Of a stretch of DNA of 45,566 bases, positions 42,886-45,566 are shown in pieces (the stretch's first letter is position 1; every line of letters begins with the position of its first letter). Origin of the DNA: Escherichia phage vB_EcoS_XY1; the sequence record NC_073325.1. The stretch is one strand, 5' to 3'. The position numbers were made by a program, and so were the translations under genes. The notes under the pieces were generated by a model. That model was not told the DNA's origin. It ran no database searches and saw only the letters and a list, made by a program, of their open reading frames with translations.

Positions 42886-45566
42886 TTTATCTTCTAGTGC
42901 TGCCAGCCTCTTCTCGAACTCGCGCATCTTCTTACGCTGATACGCAATCTCTATGAAGAACATCTGGTCCGCCCTAACCCCCCATCTGCCGCCGGGAGGG
43001 GATACTTGTACAGTCCGTCCATCTTCATCAATATCATACGCAGCTTCAATTGAGTCGTAGCACAAGAAAGCATATTTACAATCGGTAGAATCTTTCTCCA
43101 TAAGCCCATGTTTGACCAAGATGTCTCGCACATCTTGAGCTATCACGCCGAAGTGTATCCTTGCAGTGTCACCCTTGATTGCTAGGCTTTCAAGCCACTT
43201 AAAAGATATTACATGTATATCTTCCCATGCGGTAAGGAGTTGTTCCTCAATTTCCTCTTTGTTCGTCTTAAGTGTACCGTCAGACGTGTTTATCGTACCG
43301 GTGGTCGCGTACACCGTAGTCCACCTATTACCTGCCGAACCTAAAGACACTTGCGAGTCTAAGTAAGGAAGGAAATTGTTGTATGAGTAGAAGCCTCCTG
43401 ACGCATACATAATAGCCCTGTTAGGCGTTGCATGGTTCGACCCGTACAGTTGCAGCAATGCACCGTCGGAACTGGATGCGCCATCACCGCCACTAACAAT
43501 CAGTCGTTGACCCGATGGAGTTTTAGTCGGGACTGTTTTTGAAATCAGCCCGTAATCACCATCAAACCGTGCACGCACGGCAGACTGTTGTGTGCCATCG
43601 TATTCCAACCCCGTTACACGCAGGGAGTACACGCTTATATCATTGTCAAACGTCAAAGGTGCTTCTACATGACGGACACCATCTACACCCATTGCGACAG
43701 GTAGTGTACGGTTAGGAGTTGCTCCGTATTTGAAATCACGTGACACATACGGGTGGCCTTCAATCTTTATCCGGTAGCTATATAAGTCAGCCGGATGCCC
43801 ATCATGCTTGTACCATAACTTCGCACTGTTATCCCCGATGCTCCAGGGAGAGAAGAAGTCTTCCCCACCAAAGATATAGTACAACCAGCCATCTTTAACA
43901 CAGACAGAGCCGACGCCGACAGCAGAGTTAACAATATGGCCCTGGTATATTTGGTCGGTAATATTAAACCACTGAACATCATCTAAAGATGAAGGCCATG
44001 ACGACACATTAACTTTGCACATAAAGGTCCGTGGATACGAACCTTCATAGCGGCTGTCCGGCTCGCCTCCTTCCCACTCGCCAAAGGCACGTTCTGTACC
44101 AAAGATGTAGAGATAGTCACCTACTTTAGCGAACGGAAGATTGGAGTGATGTACATTGTTCGGAAATCGCAAGTAGCTCCAGTTTTGCCCAGAATCGGTG
44201 CTCATCGCCAGTGTAGAGCCAGGGGAAGTAGGTAATGTGCCGCGTGTGGTAAGGTAGAGCACACCCCCATAACTTTTCACGCACGGTTCAGAAGCGTTAT
44301 CAGCGTATGCCTGAGCGACAGTGCGACGAACGAATACGCCTGGGTTGTCATAAACGTTACTAAAATACAAGACGCCAAGACGACGAGGGGACACATCGCC
44401 GTTGTGGTAGCCGACAGCGATAGTGTAGTTAGTATCATCTATAACCGCAAAACTATGTGTCTCCGTGACACACAAATCAGCGTTAGTGGAGTATGCTACC
44501 CCCGGCAATTCGGTAATTTCCCACGGGCTGTCCCAGAATCGCGTTGCGAAGTTCCAGGTAACACCCGCATTGTTTATGGTGGAACTCGCAGGGCTTGAGA
44601 GCGTAACAGTGAACGTATTTCGGTTAATTATAGACGCAACCGTCATATTACCCGATACGCCAGTTGCCGATGTATTAGAGAAGTTAACCGCATCTCCTGC
44701 TTTTAGGCCATGATTTTCTATAACAATGGTAGCAGTAGTGGAGCCAGAACTAATAGTTATTCCGCCGGTTGGGTGTCTAAAATACGGCATTGGGCGTGAC
44801 CAAAGTTCTGCCTTCTTCATCCGCATATTAGATAAGTAGCGGGTTTCTATAACTGCATATAATCGGTTGCCGCACGTACCCATGCTCATGCAGTGGTAGT
44901 TAACTCTGTCCGCAGAAACACTGGCATTATAGTCAGCATGGATTGGAGTCAACCACTCAGGCATTGACCAAGTCTGCCCGTCGTCACCAGAGCGAACCCA
45001 AGCTACATGTAAGTTTTGAACGCCATGTCGTTCGCCCGCCATAAACGGGGCGTAAATAACATGGTCGTAGACGAAAGTTTTATCCTGCGTCCATGCGTTG
45101 TAGAACGGGGTATCCGTCACCTTAGTTAGTGAGCTGTTAAAGAAGCCATCAGCTACATAAGTAAGCGGTTGCCCGGCTACACGCTCGTAAACGAATGCAG
45201 CATTCTTAAATTTACTAATGTCAGGTAATTGGGAAACTTTATAAGTCAAACCCCTGCCGTCTATAATCCAATTGTTGGGAGAAGCTGCTAATACATTAAA
45301 AATAGATTGAGTATCATCAGTTACACCGTCGCCCACGGCGCCCCATGCGCGTGGGTCGTATTCGTCCTTCCATCGCGCCATATGTAAATCTGGGTACAGA
45401 ATTGCACCGTTTACATCAGATATTTGCTGCCTGAGATTTGGGTCAGTCTGCGGCTTCCAGTTAGCGTTACCAACCGGGTTAAACGATGCGGGGACAACAA
45501 CCGGCAGAGTCCCGGTATACGAGTACCACGTCTTGCTTACAGGGTCATACACCACTTTGTCTCGGT
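42883..45566 (-). CDS. Tailspike: sialidase-like beta-propeller with C-terminal intramolecular chaperone domain (endosialidase-type); main body of the gene that starts at 371
   Basis: Asp-box motifs SGDDGQTW and STDSGQNW; C-terminal ...DIHVISFKWLESLAIKGDTARIHFGVIAQDV... chaperone-like region; ORF stays open to the window end and continues in frame from 1-371. Confidence 0.75.
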   Translation of the reverse strand, partial: RDKVVYDPVSKTWYSYTGTLPVVVPASFNPVGNANWKPQTDPNLRQQISDVNGAILYPDLHMARWKDEYDPRAWGAVGDGVTDDTQSIFNVLAASPNNWIIDGRGLTYKVSQLPDISKFKNAAFVYERVAGQPLTYVADGFFNSSLTKVTDTPFYNAWTQDKTFVYDHVIYAPFMAGERHGVQNLHVAWVRSGDDGQTWSMPEWLTPIHADYNASVSADRVNYHCMSMGTCGNRLYAVIETRYLSNMRMKKAELWSRPMPYFRHPTGGITISSGSTTATIVIENHGLKAGDAVNFSNTSATGVSGNMTVASIINRNTFTVTLSSPASSTINNAGVTWNFATRFWDSPWEITELPGVAYSTNADLCVTETHSFAVIDDTNYTIAVGYHNGDVSPRRLGVLYFSNVYDNPGVFVRRTVAQAYADNASEPCVKSYGGVLYLTTRGTLPTSPGSTLAMSTDSGQNWSYLRFPNNVHHSNLPFAKVGDYLYIFGTERAFGEWEGGEPDSRYEGSYPRTFMCKVNVSSWPSSLDDVQWFNITDQIYQGHIVNSAVGVGSVCVKDGWLYYIFGGEDFFSPWSIGDNSAKLWYKHDGHPADLYSYRIKIEGHPYVSRDFKYGATPNRTLPVAMGVDGVRHVEAPLTFDNDISVYSLRVTGLEYDGTQQSAVRARFDGDYGLISKTVPTKTPSGQRLIVSGGDGASSSDGALLQLYGSNHATPNRAIMYASGGFYSYNNFLPYLDSQVSLGSAGNRWTTVYATTGTINTSDGTLKTNKEEIEEQLLTAWEDIHVISFKWLESLAIKGDTARIHFGVIAQDVRDILVKHGLMEKDSTDCKYAFLCYDSIEAAYDIDEDGRTVQVSPPGGRWGVRADQMFFIEIAYQRKKMREFEKRLAALEDK
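45440..45566. repeat. Second copy of the 127-bp terminal repeat
   Basis: Identical to bases 1-127. Confidence 0.9.

Noticed and set aside
1-45566. CRISPR array, tRNA genes or other structured RNA genes
   Set aside because: No run of regularly spaced direct repeats was seen, and the ORF-free intervals (18863-19204, 25937-26284, 30229-30638) showed no tRNA-like acceptor/T-arm pattern by eye. A covariance-model scan was not possible.
1-45566. Temperate lifestyle (integrase, attP, CI repressor)
   Set aside because: No ORF shows tyrosine or serine recombinase motifs and no CI-like repressor with a peptidase domain is present. Only a 71-aa Cro-like HTH gene and a 56-aa AlpA-like HTH gene were found, so a virulent lifestyle is more likely.

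Overview
The window is a complete, circularly closed tailed-phage genome of siphovirus type. Bases 1-127 are repeated exactly at 45440-45566, so the unit length is 45,439 bp and the tailspike gene is split across the window ends. All protein-family calls are by-eye motif recognition on the supplied translations; no database search was possible. Layout: (i) a long minus-strand late region with small and large terminase, portal, head morphogenesis protein, scaffold, HK97-type major capsid protein, head-tail adaptors, major tail protein, G/GT chaperones, tape measure, distal tail proteins, central fibre, and a sialidase-like tailspike with a C-terminal intramolecular chaperone domain; (ii) a minus-strand cluster of about 20 small genes plus a holin/holin/endolysin cassette, with the Rz/Rz1 spanin pair displaced into the head module; (iii) a plus-strand replication and recombination block with a primase-helicase, Cas4-like nuclease, SSB, family-A DNA polymerase, VRR-NUC nuclease, SNF2-type helicase and a TOPRIM protein. 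I found no integrase, CI-type repressor, tRNA or CRISPR array, so the phage looks virulent; a Cro-like HTH gene and a recurring palindromic operator (TGAATAGT-N3-CTATTAT) sit at the early-operon promoters. The most novel-looking item is a plus-strand accessory cassette (9232-12418) wedged inside the tail operon: an Imm-like membrane peptide, an HTH-metallophosphoesterase, a chimeric paralog built on a homing-endonuclease-like N-terminus, a HAD phosphatase and a P-loop kinase. I read it as a candidate nucleic-acid end-processing or counter-defence module, but that is inference. Other items worth a look are an opposite-strand homing-endonuclease-like gene in the tail operon, a 37-bp promoter/operator element present as an inverted pair 21 kb apart, a probable -1 frameshift in the tail chaperones, and two candidate small-RNA loci.
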